Shown here: positions 18,644 through 29,400 of the stretch, one piece after another | Layout of the letters: every line of letters begins with the position of its first letter | Position numbering within the stretch: position 1 is the stretch's first letter | NCBI GenBank assembly: GCA_001275005.1 | Contig: JWZX01003363.1 | Span: 1-41,959, forward strand | Length of the DNA: 41,959 bases | Direction: 5' to 3' | From: Chrysochromulina tobinii | Taxonomy: Eukaryota | Made by a program: the position numbers and the translations under genes | The notes under the pieces: generated by a model | Told to the model about the DNA's origin: nothing | What the model saw: only the letters and a program-made list of their open reading frames with translations | The model's database searches: none

Positions 18644-19628
18644 TCAACCACGCCCCCCGCGCTCCCTGCGAGCGTACCAGTGCACGGTCGCGTTGCAGTG
18701 CGGTTCGAGCTGTGAGCCCCGGCAGCTCAGGCACGCGTGCCAAGATGGGCGTGGGCTCGCACGCACTTGTTCGACTCACGTCGCCGTGCGTCCCACTCCA
18801 CGCCCAGCGTGACCGAGCAACGACCTCGGGGTGGGCCGTCGCGTTCTCGAGGTGGCGGGAGAGTGCTGGGCTGCCTCGCAGGTCCCAAATCTCGGTCGTC
18901 CACAGAGGTGAGCCTCCCCCCTGCGGCTGCTGGTAAAAGGTCACCGTGTCAATCGGTAGCTGGACCAGCAGCGGCTCACTGTGCAGCGAGAACGCCTGGT
19001 CGCCGGCCAGGCTTGAGAGAGCGAGCGCGCGACGCGAGCGCACCAAGCGCGACGCCACGTTGCCGGTACATGAGCACGGCCGAAGCGAGCCGTCCGAGTC
19101 GAAGGGAGCGCCTGCTTGGCATGCCCCGTACAGCCCCCTGGCGGCTTCGGCGAGCACCAGCTCAATCGTGGCATTCTTGCCAACGTAGGCGTTACGCGCG
19201 CGCCCGAGCGGTGCCCAATTTGGGTAGCGTCGCTCGATGAAGCGTGCCAAACGGCCGACGGCTTCTCGGTCGCTCATTGCCGTCGCTCGGCCCTGCGCCC
19301 TTGCAAGTCGCTGCTCGGCGACAACCGCCGCATGTACGCGGTTGCGCGTCAGCAAAGTGCGGCCCATGGCCCATAGGAGGTCACTGCACCCAGGAGTATA
19401 GTAGAACCATAGGCCGCCGCTGTCGGTTGGACCCCGCCGCGGCCCGCCGACGTGCGTGACAGGAAGGTACACGTTATCGCGTCCCAGGAGCGAAGATGCA
19501 GAGGGTTCACAGGGAAGCTCGCGCAGGTATCCGAGGGCCTGCGGCAAGCGAAATGCCCAAAAGTGCGTGGCCTTGTCGCAGGGCTGAGTCAAGTCGCACG
19601 CGTCGCAGACTTTGGGTAGAAACTGCAT
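18644..19628 (-). CDS. Uncharacterised protein, probably with a 1-nt frameshift near 18747-18749 (raw ORF runs on to 18447)
   Basis: Long coding-like ORF (GGLWFYYTPGCSDLLWAMGRTL..WTTEIWDLR). Removing one base gives a Cys-rich end ACEPTPSWHACLSCRGSQLEPHC and a stop at 18644-18646. Confidence 0.6.
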
Positions 19629-19812
19629 TGATCACGCGTGAGCCGAATTATTCAAAAGACGCAAGCAACGGTTGCATGCACACACGCAAGAGACCTCGTT
19701 TTTGACCAAGAGACCTCGTTTGCGACGTGCCCACGAAAACGCGAGAACTTCGATTCGAAGCTCAAGGAAGCTCACACTCATCACACCGCGGCAACTCCGC
19801 CCTACCAACGTG

Positions 19813-22800
19813 ATGGCTGACGAGATGTCCGTGGCTGACGAGATGGCCGACGCGGATCTCGCGCGCCGGTTGCAGGCCGAGGAGGAAGAGATCGCGGCGC
19901 TGCATCGGGCACACCAGGCGGAGCTGCTCGAGGCCTCGGCGGCGTTCGCGCTCGAGCTCGCGGGCACACTGCGAGATCCGTGGGAGGACGCCGACGCGAA
20001 GGCCGAAGACATGAATCCACGCAGCGCGACTCCGACGATCTTGGAAGGCATTCTTGAGAAGAAGCCGGTGAGCGGCATCGGCTTCGTCTTCGAGCGCAAC
20101 CTGAACCTGGGCGGCGGCTGGCGGCACAGGTGTATGCTGCTGCAACGCGACCGAATCGTGTGGCACCACAACACCGAGGACGACGCGGAGCTCACCTACC
20201 AGTCGCTGCAGTTCGACCCGACGATCACAAAGGTGCGCGCGGGCGGCGACTCGGGCGACGACATCGAGCGCTGCCTGACCATCGAGAATGGCGACCAGAC
20301 GCTCGTCATGCGCGCGGCGAGCGAGGGTGAGCGCGACATGTGGCTGCGCGCCGTCGGCCGCATCCTCGAGAAGCTCAAGGCCTCCACCTTCGACGATCTT
20401 GTGCAGCAGGCGGCGCAGCGCCTCGAGACGCAGCCGACGGCGAGTGCGCGCCGGCTGGCGGCGGCGCGCGAAGGCGTTGGGTTGCTCTTGGCGCGCTTCT
20501 ACTCGTCGTGCGCTGTGTCGCCGGCCGCGGCCGAGTCGTTCGTGGAGCCGTGGCACGAGGAGCGCGCCGCCCTCGCCTCGGCGCTCACCGCGTGCCTGCT
20601 CACGCGTCAGGCGGAGGCGTTGATACGTATGGGGGCGTCCGAGCCGCAGGTGCACGGTGCGGCATGGAATGGCATGATGCCACGGGTGACTCTCACGCAG
20701 GAGGAGAAGCGCGAGCTACAGCTCTTCCCGTGGCAGCCCGAGGTGGCGCTCTCGATCGAGCAGGCCACCTGGCTCCTCATGCAGCAGATGAGCCGCGGCG
20801 ATGGCTGCTCGCACGTGGCGGCCTTCTTCGACCACGTGCTTGGGGTCTCCCGACCGTTTGGATACAGCTGCCTGCAGCCCCGCGTGGCGGCCCAGGGGCC
20901 TTTGCAAGGCCAAGGGACTGGGCTCGAGTTTGTAGGCGTGGGCGTGCCACCTGTCACGGGCGAGCTGGCTGCGGGCGCGCCCCCCGAGCCGCCCGTGCGC
21001 TGGGCGCAGTACTGCACCGAGGTGCACTCGACCTTCTTGCGCCGCGTGCTCGAACTCGCGATGCGGCTGCCTGCCGACCTCGCGGCGCTCCTCGAGCCTC
21101 TGTCAGAGCACTACCATGTGCTGCCGACGTCCGTCGAGTGCGGCGCGCCCTCGGTGCTCGCGGCCGGGCGCACGCGCTGCCAGGTGCTCCGGCGCATGCA
21201 CGGCTCGAAGACGAAACCCATCCTGTTCGAGATCATCGCGAGCTGCGAGCTCATCGCGAGCTGCGAGCTCGGCAGCGGCGGCGCGCACGAGGGCGCAGAG
21301 GAGGCGCGCGAGCGCGCCGCGCGCCAGTGGGTCGAGAGCTACTTTGGGCCGGAGACACGGAGCTACGGATTCGGCCCGCCTGTGCAGCTAGCGATGTTTG
21401 GGCCGACTGTCGGGCTCGGGGCGCCAGCGCCCGGATGTCGCGAATCTCGCGGGATCTCGCCTCGGCGGGTGCGGCGCCGGCTGCGCCTCCCGCCGCGGCG
21501 CCCATCGATGCGCCACCAGCCACCGCTCCCGCCCCTACGCCCCTGTGGGGCAAGGGGACCGCCAACGGCATACCGCCAGCTCCACCGCGCCCGAAGCTCC
21601 CGTCCGTACCGGTAGACGTCCCCACAGGTCTTGCGCCAAGGTGGTCGGGTAGCCTTCGAGACGGCACTCGAGACGATGCAGCCGCCGACGCTCGGGCTGG
21701 CACGGTGACCCACTTGTCAGAGGGCGCCGTCGTGAGCGCCATCGGGCCGCCCTCCGCCTACCCGCCCTCGCCCTCGTCGTCTCCGCCTGGCCACGTTCGC
21801 AAGTACTCGTCCGGAAAGGAAGCGGCCTTGGCCGCCATAGCTGCCGCGAGGGCGGGAGAGGCACCGCTGATCGCCCCTCCGATGTTCTTCACCGAAAGCT
21901 ACTCGTCAGGAAAGGAGGCAGCACGCGTCGCTCTGGCTGCCCGTCAGGCGGGCGAGGCGCCTCTCGTCGCGATTCCGTGGGAATGTGGTCCTGTGAATGT
22001 GAATGAGAGCGGCAGGGAATCTGGTCCTTCCACGGACGCTGACTTGGACCAAGTGTTGCCTGAGGCATTGGTGTGTGGCACGGCGGCGCTGCTAGCGTGT
22101 GCAGACGATTGGCGGTGCGCTGCCGAGGTCGCCACCGCCGACGGGCGTGGCGAGGCTGCCGAGGCTGCTGCGGTGGCCAGGGAGGCTGCCGAGGCCAAGC
22201 AGGCGATCGGACTGGAGGCCACGACGCTCGCTTGGCCAGCTGCTCCGGCCGCGTGGGCCGTTGGCGCACCCAATGGTGCACCCCTTTCCATGGACCTCCA
22301 TGCAGCACCCCTGCCCTCGCTGGGGGCCGCGGTGGAAGCGCCCATCGCAGCGCTTGGGGCCGCTGTGGAAGCGCCCATTGCAGCGATTGGGTCCGCTGTG
22401 GAAGCGTCGCTCATCCGCGCCGGAAGCTTCTTCCGAATGCTCACTGACAGTGCAGCTGGTGGCGAGGGTGCTGCGACTGCCGCCCAGGACGGCGCTGAGG
22501 CGAGCGTGTCGACGAACGCGACAGAGGAGGCCGCCGTCGGCAGTGGCATGAGCAGTGGGGACGCCAACCATTCACAACCAACCATTCACAGCCAACCATT
22601 CACAGCTTCCGTCAGCGGCACGAGCAGTAGGGACGCCACGGTCATAGCCGCCGAAGCCAAGCTCGACGCGCTCGTGGCCCTTGTTGCGACGACGACACTA
22701 ACGACGACGCTCGCGGGCGCGGGGTCGCAGGGGGCTATGCAGGAGGAGGCGGAGGCACAGGCCGCTGTACCCCAGGGCTCGCTACAGGCCGCCTTGCCAC

Positions 22801-23576
22801 CTCCACCCCTCGTGCCGACCGTGAGCAGCACGAGAGCGCTCACGGCCACGCCTCAGTCGCGCAGCCAGCAGGCGCGTCATCGACTGGCGAGGGCGGGGTT
22901 GACGGGCGCGCCTGTTCGCTACTTTTTCAAGATGGGCGACGACCTACGGCAGGACCAGGCGACGATGCTGCTGCTGCGAGAGATGAACGCGATCTGGGCC
23001 GACGCGGGCGCGCCGTGCTTCACGTGCACGTACGACATCTTCCCGACGAGAGATCGAACTGGCTTCATCGAAGCGCTGAGCAACGCCATCGCTGTGAAGG
23101 ACGTTGAGTTTTTCACGTACTCGCGCGAGCTGCACGACTCGGCCGTCGGCGCGTTCACCGCCGGCTTCGTCCTTGGACTCGCCGACCGCCACCAGGACAA
23201 CATGCTGCTCTGCGGCCCCAACCGCGAGCTCTTTGCGCACATTGACTTTGGCTACGTGGCGGGCATGCGCCCGTGGTTCGACGCCAACTTGCTCCCCATC
23301 CCAGAGCGCTTCAAGAACTGCCTCACCGCCGCTGGCAAGTGGAGCGCCTTTGTCAACGACATGGGCTTCGCCTTCGCGGTGCTTCAGCAGCGGCGCTCCG
23401 AGCTGTGCACGGTTGCGATGACGCTCTCGGAGCAGCTCGCGACGGTGGGCTATCCTGCGTACATTGAGAAGACGCTCACGTCCAACACCATCGAGAGCGT
23501 GCGCGCGCAGGTCGAGGCCGCGGTCGGCGACATCGCGCGACGCTTCAAGAATCTGCATCACAAGCTGCAGCATTGA
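19813..23576 (+). CDS. PH-domain phosphatidylinositol 3-/4-kinase family protein; frameshift or intron near 21418-21421
   Basis: PH: LEGILEKK..WRHR..LVMRAASEGERDMWLRAV. Kinase: MHGSKTKPILF, FFKMGDDLRQD, GFIE, LGLADRHQDNMLL, HIDFGY. The two halves lie in different frames. Confidence 0.8.
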
Positions 23577-23891
23577 AGTGATGGGCGGGGTGCGCGCGCT
23601 TGGCCGTTTGGCGTTTGGGGGCCCCACGCAGGCGACCGGCGACAGGGGCGTTCATGACCCTGGCGCCTGGGCGGCGTTTTGATCTTGTCCGCGGCTTCGG
23701 TTTGCTGGCTTTCGTTTGTGGTTTGTAATATTGGTTTACGCTCCCGTGGTGGCTCTCACTCGCGCGTACAGTATGGTCTCGCGATGACTACGGAGGGTAT
23801 CGTCGGTACGCGCTTCACTAATGACTTGTCGCTCACTGAATCCATCAAGTCTGAGCTACGTGTAACGCGCTTTTCTCTCGCCCCATCAAGT

Positions 23892-26129
23892 TTACACCAA
23901 CCGTGCCATCACCCAAAGCTGAACTGGCGTGCGACAGAACGGGCAAATCTTCATGTTGGCCGTGCAGCGCTCGCACGCGAGCTGATGGCCGCACGGCACC
24001 GCAAGGTGCGACTTGGGCCCCATCATGCACACGATGCACGTAGTCTGGCCACCGAGGGTCGATTCGGGCGCCTCGTCGTGCACACGGCCGGTGATGTTGC
24101 CCACGTCGGCGAGCGTCAGAGGCCTCTCCGCTTGCATCAAACCTTCAGCCTGTGCTGGGGCCGATGGTGGCGCAGGGTCAGGGTGCAATGAATGCACGGT
24201 AGTCGGACCGCGCTCTCCACGCCCTCCACGCCCTCCACGCCCCCCTCGCCCCCCTCTTCCGCCGCCGCCAGTGCTCAGTGCCACGGCCAGGGCCGCTGCG
24301 ATCTCCGCCTCAACCCTCTCCGCCTCCGCCCTTTCCGCCTCCGCCCTCTCCGCCTCCGCCCTCTCCGCCTCCGCCCTCTCCGCCTCCGCCCTCTCCGCTT
24401 CCACCCTCTCCGCCTCCGCCCTCTCCGCCTCCGCCCTCTCCGCCTCCGCCCTCTTCACCCCCGCCCTCTCTGCCTCCGCTGCTTGCCTAATCACCTCAGC
24501 CTCCTTCACCTCCTCCTGAGCCCTGGCTGCCTGCGTGGCCTCCGCCTTGGCGGCCTTGAGCGCTGCTACCCGTACCGCCGCCTTCTCGGCCTCCTTCGCC
24601 GCTTGCCCAGCCGCCGCGTCCGCGGCTGCGGCGGCGGCCATCTCCGCGTCTGCCGCCTCCGCTACGGCCGCCTCTACCGCAGCGGTTGGCACCACGTCCT
24701 CCTCAGCCTCGGGGGCCTCCGATGCTGGCGCCGCTGCTGCGGATGCTGAGCCTGCGGCAGGCAGCGACTGTGTGACCTCGAGCAGTGACAGCAGTGGCAA
24801 GAAGACGGCGAGCAAGCCGCTCACGAGCGTGCGCCCGTCCACGTGATAGCCGCGGTGGCGCCAGCGCCCGAAAGCGTACGCGCCGAGCAGCACCGCTGGT
24901 CCGGCGAGCATCAAACCCAGCCCGTACATCCAGCAGCCTGCCGGCTCAATCTCCGCCGCGCGCTTGCGACGCAGATTCTGGCCCTCCTGCTTGCGCTTCT
25001 TGTGCAGGTGCTCGCGAATCGCCCTCCTCGCCTCCGCCAACACACCCTCGCTCGCAGCGACCAGGTCCTCATACTGCGCGGCCGCCATGGCCACACGCAG
25101 CGCCTCGTCGGCGGCGGCAGAAGGAGCGGGACCCACGCAGTCCTCGTCGCCAGCCGCCGCCAACACCTCGTTGTCCACCTCGGCGCTGGCACTCGCGGCC
25201 GCGGGCGCACACTCAACCGGCGCTCTCGCCTCGCTCGCGCCTGCCTGCTTGGCTTTGGCTTTCTTGCTCGCTTTCTTCATCTGCGCCTGCAGCTTCTGCG
25301 CCGCCTCCGCCTCCTCCTCAGCCAACAGAGCCGCAGCGGCAAGCTCGGCCGCCCGCTCGGCTGCCGCACGCTCCGCACTTGACACCGGAGCGACCGCAGC
25401 GATGGTCGCAGGTGCGCGGCGCCGGCTGCGCAGGAATCTTGCGATGGCGGGATGGCCTTGGGCCTCTGCGAGATCGAGGGCTGTGAGCCCATCATAGGTT
25501 CGCAAGTCGATGCGTGCGCCAGCATGCACGAGCAGCTTGACTATGTCCATCGAGCCCGCGTCACAAGCGGCGATCAGAGGCGTGACGCCGTTGACGTTGA
25601 TGCCTGCCTTGTCGACAGCGGCGTGGGCGGCAAGAAGCAACTTCACGCAGCCGCCGTCGCCTGCGACGCAGGCGGCGATCAAAGGCGTGGCGCCGATGCG
25701 GTCTGCCTGGTCGACGACAGCGTGGGCGGCGAGCAGCAGCTGCACGCAGCCGCCCTCGCCTTTGCTGCAGGCGACGTACAGAGGCGTGGCGCCGTTGCAG
25801 GCTGCCTGGTTGACGGCGGCGTGGGCGGCGAGCAGCAGCTGCGCGCAGCCGTAGTAGCCTTTGCTGCAGGCGGCGATCAAAGGCGTGATGCCATTGCAGT
25901 CTGCCTGGTCGACGGCGGCGTGGGCGGCGAGTAGCAGCCTCGTGCACCTAGGGTGACCAGTATCACATGCAAGAAGCAGGCAAAGGCTAAGGTGGCCCAC
26001 TCCTGTCACGCTGTCGATGAGGCCCACGGCCTTGGCCTCGTCGCCGCGACGGAGCGCGTCGACGATCGCGTCGGCCGCCGCGAAGCGGCCACTCGCGTCC
26101 ATGTAATAATCCTCCATTTTTGCGCTCAT
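23892..26129 (-). CDS. Ankyrin-repeat protein with two hydrophobic segments, Ala/Glu coiled coil and C-terminal RING finger (probable E3 ligase)
   Basis: About 6 ankyrin repeats (GxTPLxxAC..LLLAAHAAVDQA); C-terminal CIVC..PCGH..CERC..CPFCR. Confidence 0.88.
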   Translation of the reverse strand: MSAKMEDYYMDASGRFAAADAIVDALRRGDEAKAVGLIDSVTGVGHLSLCLLLACDTGHPRCTRLLLAAHAAVDQADCNGITPLIAACSKGYYGCAQLLLAAHAAVNQAACNGATPLYVACSKGEGGCVQLLLAAHAVVDQADRIGATPLIAACVAGDGGCVKLLLAAHAAVDKAGINVNGVTPLIAACDAGSMDIVKLLVHAGARIDLRTYDGLTALDLAEAQGHPAIARFLRSRRRAPATIAAVAPVSSAERAAAERAAELAAAALLAEEEAEAAQKLQAQMKKASKKAKAKQAGASEARAPVECAPAAASASAEVDNEVLAAAGDEDCVGPAPSAAADEALRVAMAAAQYEDLVAASEGVLAEARRAIREHLHKKRKQEGQNLRRKRAAEIEPAGCWMYGLGLMLAGPAVLLGAYAFGRWRHRGYHVDGRTLVSGLLAVFLPLLSLLEVTQSLPAAGSASAAAAPASEAPEAEEDVVPTAAVEAAVAEAADAEMAAAAAADAAAGQAAKEAEKAAVRVAALKAAKAEATQAARAQEEVKEAEVIRQAAEAERAGVKRAEAERAEAERAEAERVEAERAEAERAEAERAEAERAEAERAEAERVEAEIAAALAVALSTGGGGRGGRGGRGGRGGRGERGPTTVHSLHPDPAPPSAPAQAEGLMQAERPLTLADVGNITGRVHDEAPESTLGGQTTCIVCMMGPKSHLAVPCGHQLACERCTANMKICPFCRTPVQLWVMARLV
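24304..24480. repeat. 15-bp coding tandem repeat (AEAER)n
   Basis: ccctctccgcctccg repeated about 10 times with variants. Confidence 0.9.
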
Positions 26130-26463
26130 CACACCTCACGCCGTTCACAGAACGAACTCGAACTTACTTACTTACGACACGCCGCTTTCCGTTATGGAAA
26201 TTCACTTGAAGGCTTGCATGCTCTTATGTGCGGATGGATTGCATACCTTCATGTAGCTGTCCTTCCTCAGCTGTATGAATTATGCGAAAGAGCCGGCGTT
26301 CACGTGGTTCGCAGTCTGGTGCCCGCTGCGTTCCGGCTTGCTGAGCCTTGGCACCATCGACTGGGCGGCGTGACCGCGATACATCTCTGTGTCCCAATTT
26401 GCATGCCTTCATGCGGCTGGTATTCCATGCCCTCATGCAGCTGTGATTCCTCGGCTGTAGTCG

Positions 26464-29400
26464 TCAGCTCTGCCCCCAGTTAGGCATCTCGTTGCCCTCC
26501 TCCTGTTGCTGGTGGCTGACCTCGTCCTCGACGTCAACGCCAAGCATCATTTCCGCCAGTCGATCCGCGAGGTTGTTGGCACCGTCTACGTCACCGCCTC
26601 CAAATGGGTCGTCACCGCCCCCAAATGGGTCGTCACCGCCTCCAAATGGGTCGTCGTCTCCCTGTGCCGGTGGTGGTGGTGGAGGAACGCCGGTGTACGC
26701 ATTCTTCTCGATGCACGTGCGCAGCAGCTTGCCCCAGTGCGGGTCTGGCGCGAGGACCGAGGGATTGCCGACGATGATCAAGAGCGAACAGGCGCGCGTC
26801 AGCGCGACGTTGAAGCGCTTCGGATTATCGAGGAAGCCGAGGCTGTGCTTCGCGTCGAAGCCGATGAAGTCCTTATTGCTACGAACGGTGGAGATGATAA
26901 TGACGCGCCGCTCCTGGCCCTGGAAGAGCTCGGTGCTGCCAACCTTGACGCCGCCCAAGTCTTGGCCCTTGAGCAGCTTACTGATCTTCTGCATCTGCTT
27001 GTTGTACGGCGTGATCACCCCGATGTGCTCCTGCTGCAGGGGGTTCTGCCGCATGCGCAGCAGCGACTCGACGTAGCGCAGGACCTGGATGGCCTCATCC
27101 GCGTTGAACCACGACGGAGAATTGCCCTCGCGGTCATCCTTGCCCTCGATGCCGTGGAAGAGCATCGGTACCCGAGGGTTGGGAAGGCCATCCCACTGCA
27201 GGCAGCAGTTGCGCAGGGTGGGATCTGCGTACGCTTCGAGCTCACCCTCGTAAAAGAGCTCATTAGGCAAATGGAGCAGCTCCTCGTGCGAGCGGAAGTT
27301 GCGCACGAGCTTGGTGAGCACGTGGGGATTGTACCCGCCGCCGGCCGCGCGCGCGTACACCTCACGCGACATGAGCCGCTCGAGGTACGAGGTCGCGAGC
27401 CCAAAGGTCTTGGCGAGGCCGTGATGAATGACGGGGCCGAGTTGTTTCGGATCGCCCGAGAGCACCATCTGACCGTCCGGCGCGAGAAGACCTGCGACGC
27501 AAGCAATCGCCTCGGGCTCCATCGCCTGCCCGGCCTCGTCGATGACGATTAGGTCGAAGGCGCCGCGGGGCACGCCGAGATTGTAGAGCGAGCCACCCAT
27601 GCTAAGAGTGGCTACGACGATGCGCTTCTTGAGTAGGTCCTCCCTTGTGACAGAGGGGTAACAGCGTTTCTCGTCGTCATACCCCTGTGTGAACGGCCGC
27701 ACTCTCTCAGGTACCTCGTTGTGATGGCGCATGTACGACATGAAGCGCAGCATCTCCATACGCCCGGCGATCGCGCCGTAGTGCCCGAGCTTCTCGCAGC
27801 AGACATCGGCCGCTGTGTTCGTCGGCGCGCACACGAGCACCTTCGAGCTCTTGAAGCCTTTGACGAACTGCAGGATGAGCTCGACCACGGTGGTGGTCTT
27901 GCCTGTGCCCGGCGGGCCGAAGACAATGTACGGCACCTGGCGCTTCTCGCCGAGGAGGACGGCCCGAACGGCCGCCGCCTGTTCATCGTTCGCCGCGACA
28001 TTGACATTCATGAGACGCATCTCGCGACTGACACGCTGGCGGTCCGCGTCGGTGATGCGATCGGAGGAGGCGGGCTGGGCGAGGAGATGCGCAGGAGACG
28101 GGAAGAGGACGGCGTCACGTAGCGCGCTCGTGAGGGTGAGGCCTTGGTAGAAGATGCGCAGCGGGCGACGGCCGAGCGTAAAGCGCACCTCGACGCGCAT
28201 GCCGTCGATGTACGACTGTGCAAACTGTGGGTGGAAGTGCAGTACCACCTCCTCTCGCTGAATGTCGACTGCCCGGCCCTGCCACCGCTTCGAGTTGCCC
28301 GGCAGCTTGACCCACACAGTGTCGCCACGCAGGACCGACGGCCGTTTCTCGGCCAGCCCGTGGACGATCAGCATGAAGTTGCTGCCAGTGCGGCGCAGGA
28401 TGGTGCTCTTCTCCTCGACCAGGTCGAAGGATGCGAGGTCGGCGTGCAGCTGGATCTCCTCCGTCCACAGAAGATTCTCGAAGTAAACAGGGTAAATCGC
28501 CATCGCCTCGTGAGCGGGTGCGGACTTCATCATCTGCTGGCCCTGCTCGAGCGCCGCGGCCGCGACCTTCGGATCTTCAAGCAGCAGCTTCTTCCACGCG
28601 CGGTTCAAGTCGTGCCCTCCCAGACTCGGCCCCTGTGAACCGCTGCCTCCGATCCCCCCCTGCTCCGGCGGCGCTAGAATCGTCTCACCCTCCTCCTCTA
28701 GGCGAGGCGGCCGCCGGCGCTTCGGCTTCTGATACGGCGCGCTCGGCTTGAGGTCGTCGTGCAGGTCGGCGTCGCCGCACCGCGCCTCGACGAAGCGGCA
28801 GATAGTGAAGCGCCTACCGCCAGCGGACTGGAAGCTCAGCACGAGCACATCACCGGCCATGCCTTCGGCGCTCGGATGATAGGTGAGCTTGATCGAGGTT
28901 GGGCTGCCAGGCCGCAGCGCGAGCGGCACCACCGACGGGCCGGCCGCAACAAAGCTGCACACGAAGAAGTCCTGGCGCATGAGCGTGAAGCTCTGTAGCG
29001 ACAGACCCTCGAGGCCCGTCGAGATCGTGATCACGCGATCATCCGTGGCGCCGAGAGCAACGATGCGGTCGAAGCTCACCTGGGCGGGTTGCACACGCAC
29101 GCCAAACTTGTCCGCCTCGAGATTCTCGCGCTGCGCGCGCAGCTGCTCAAACTTCTGGAACATGCCGACGGGCTTGAACTTGATCGTGTCACTCGACATT
29201 GTGATGAGCTTGAGCTTGAAGCTGAGGCTGTAAATGACTTGACTCGGAGGTGCCTTCGCCATCTGTCGGCCCTGGGCGCGCTGGTACTCCCGCCACTCGT
29301 TGTATGCTTTCGTAAACTCGCTGCGCGTTTCGCAGCGCTGGCGGAGAGACGCATCCTCCATCAAGCAGTCGTAGAATGCGCGAGCGACTTGCTCGAGTGT

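Noticed and set aside
20340..21417. First ~360 aa of the 1078-aa ORF
   Set aside because: Arg/Ala-rich shadow frame; the PH-containing frame is the real one here.
26506..27552. Long antisense ORFs (also 3109-3963, 33311-34156, 36428-37321, 40370-41257)
   Set aside because: Mirror frames of real genes caused by high GC3 codon bias.
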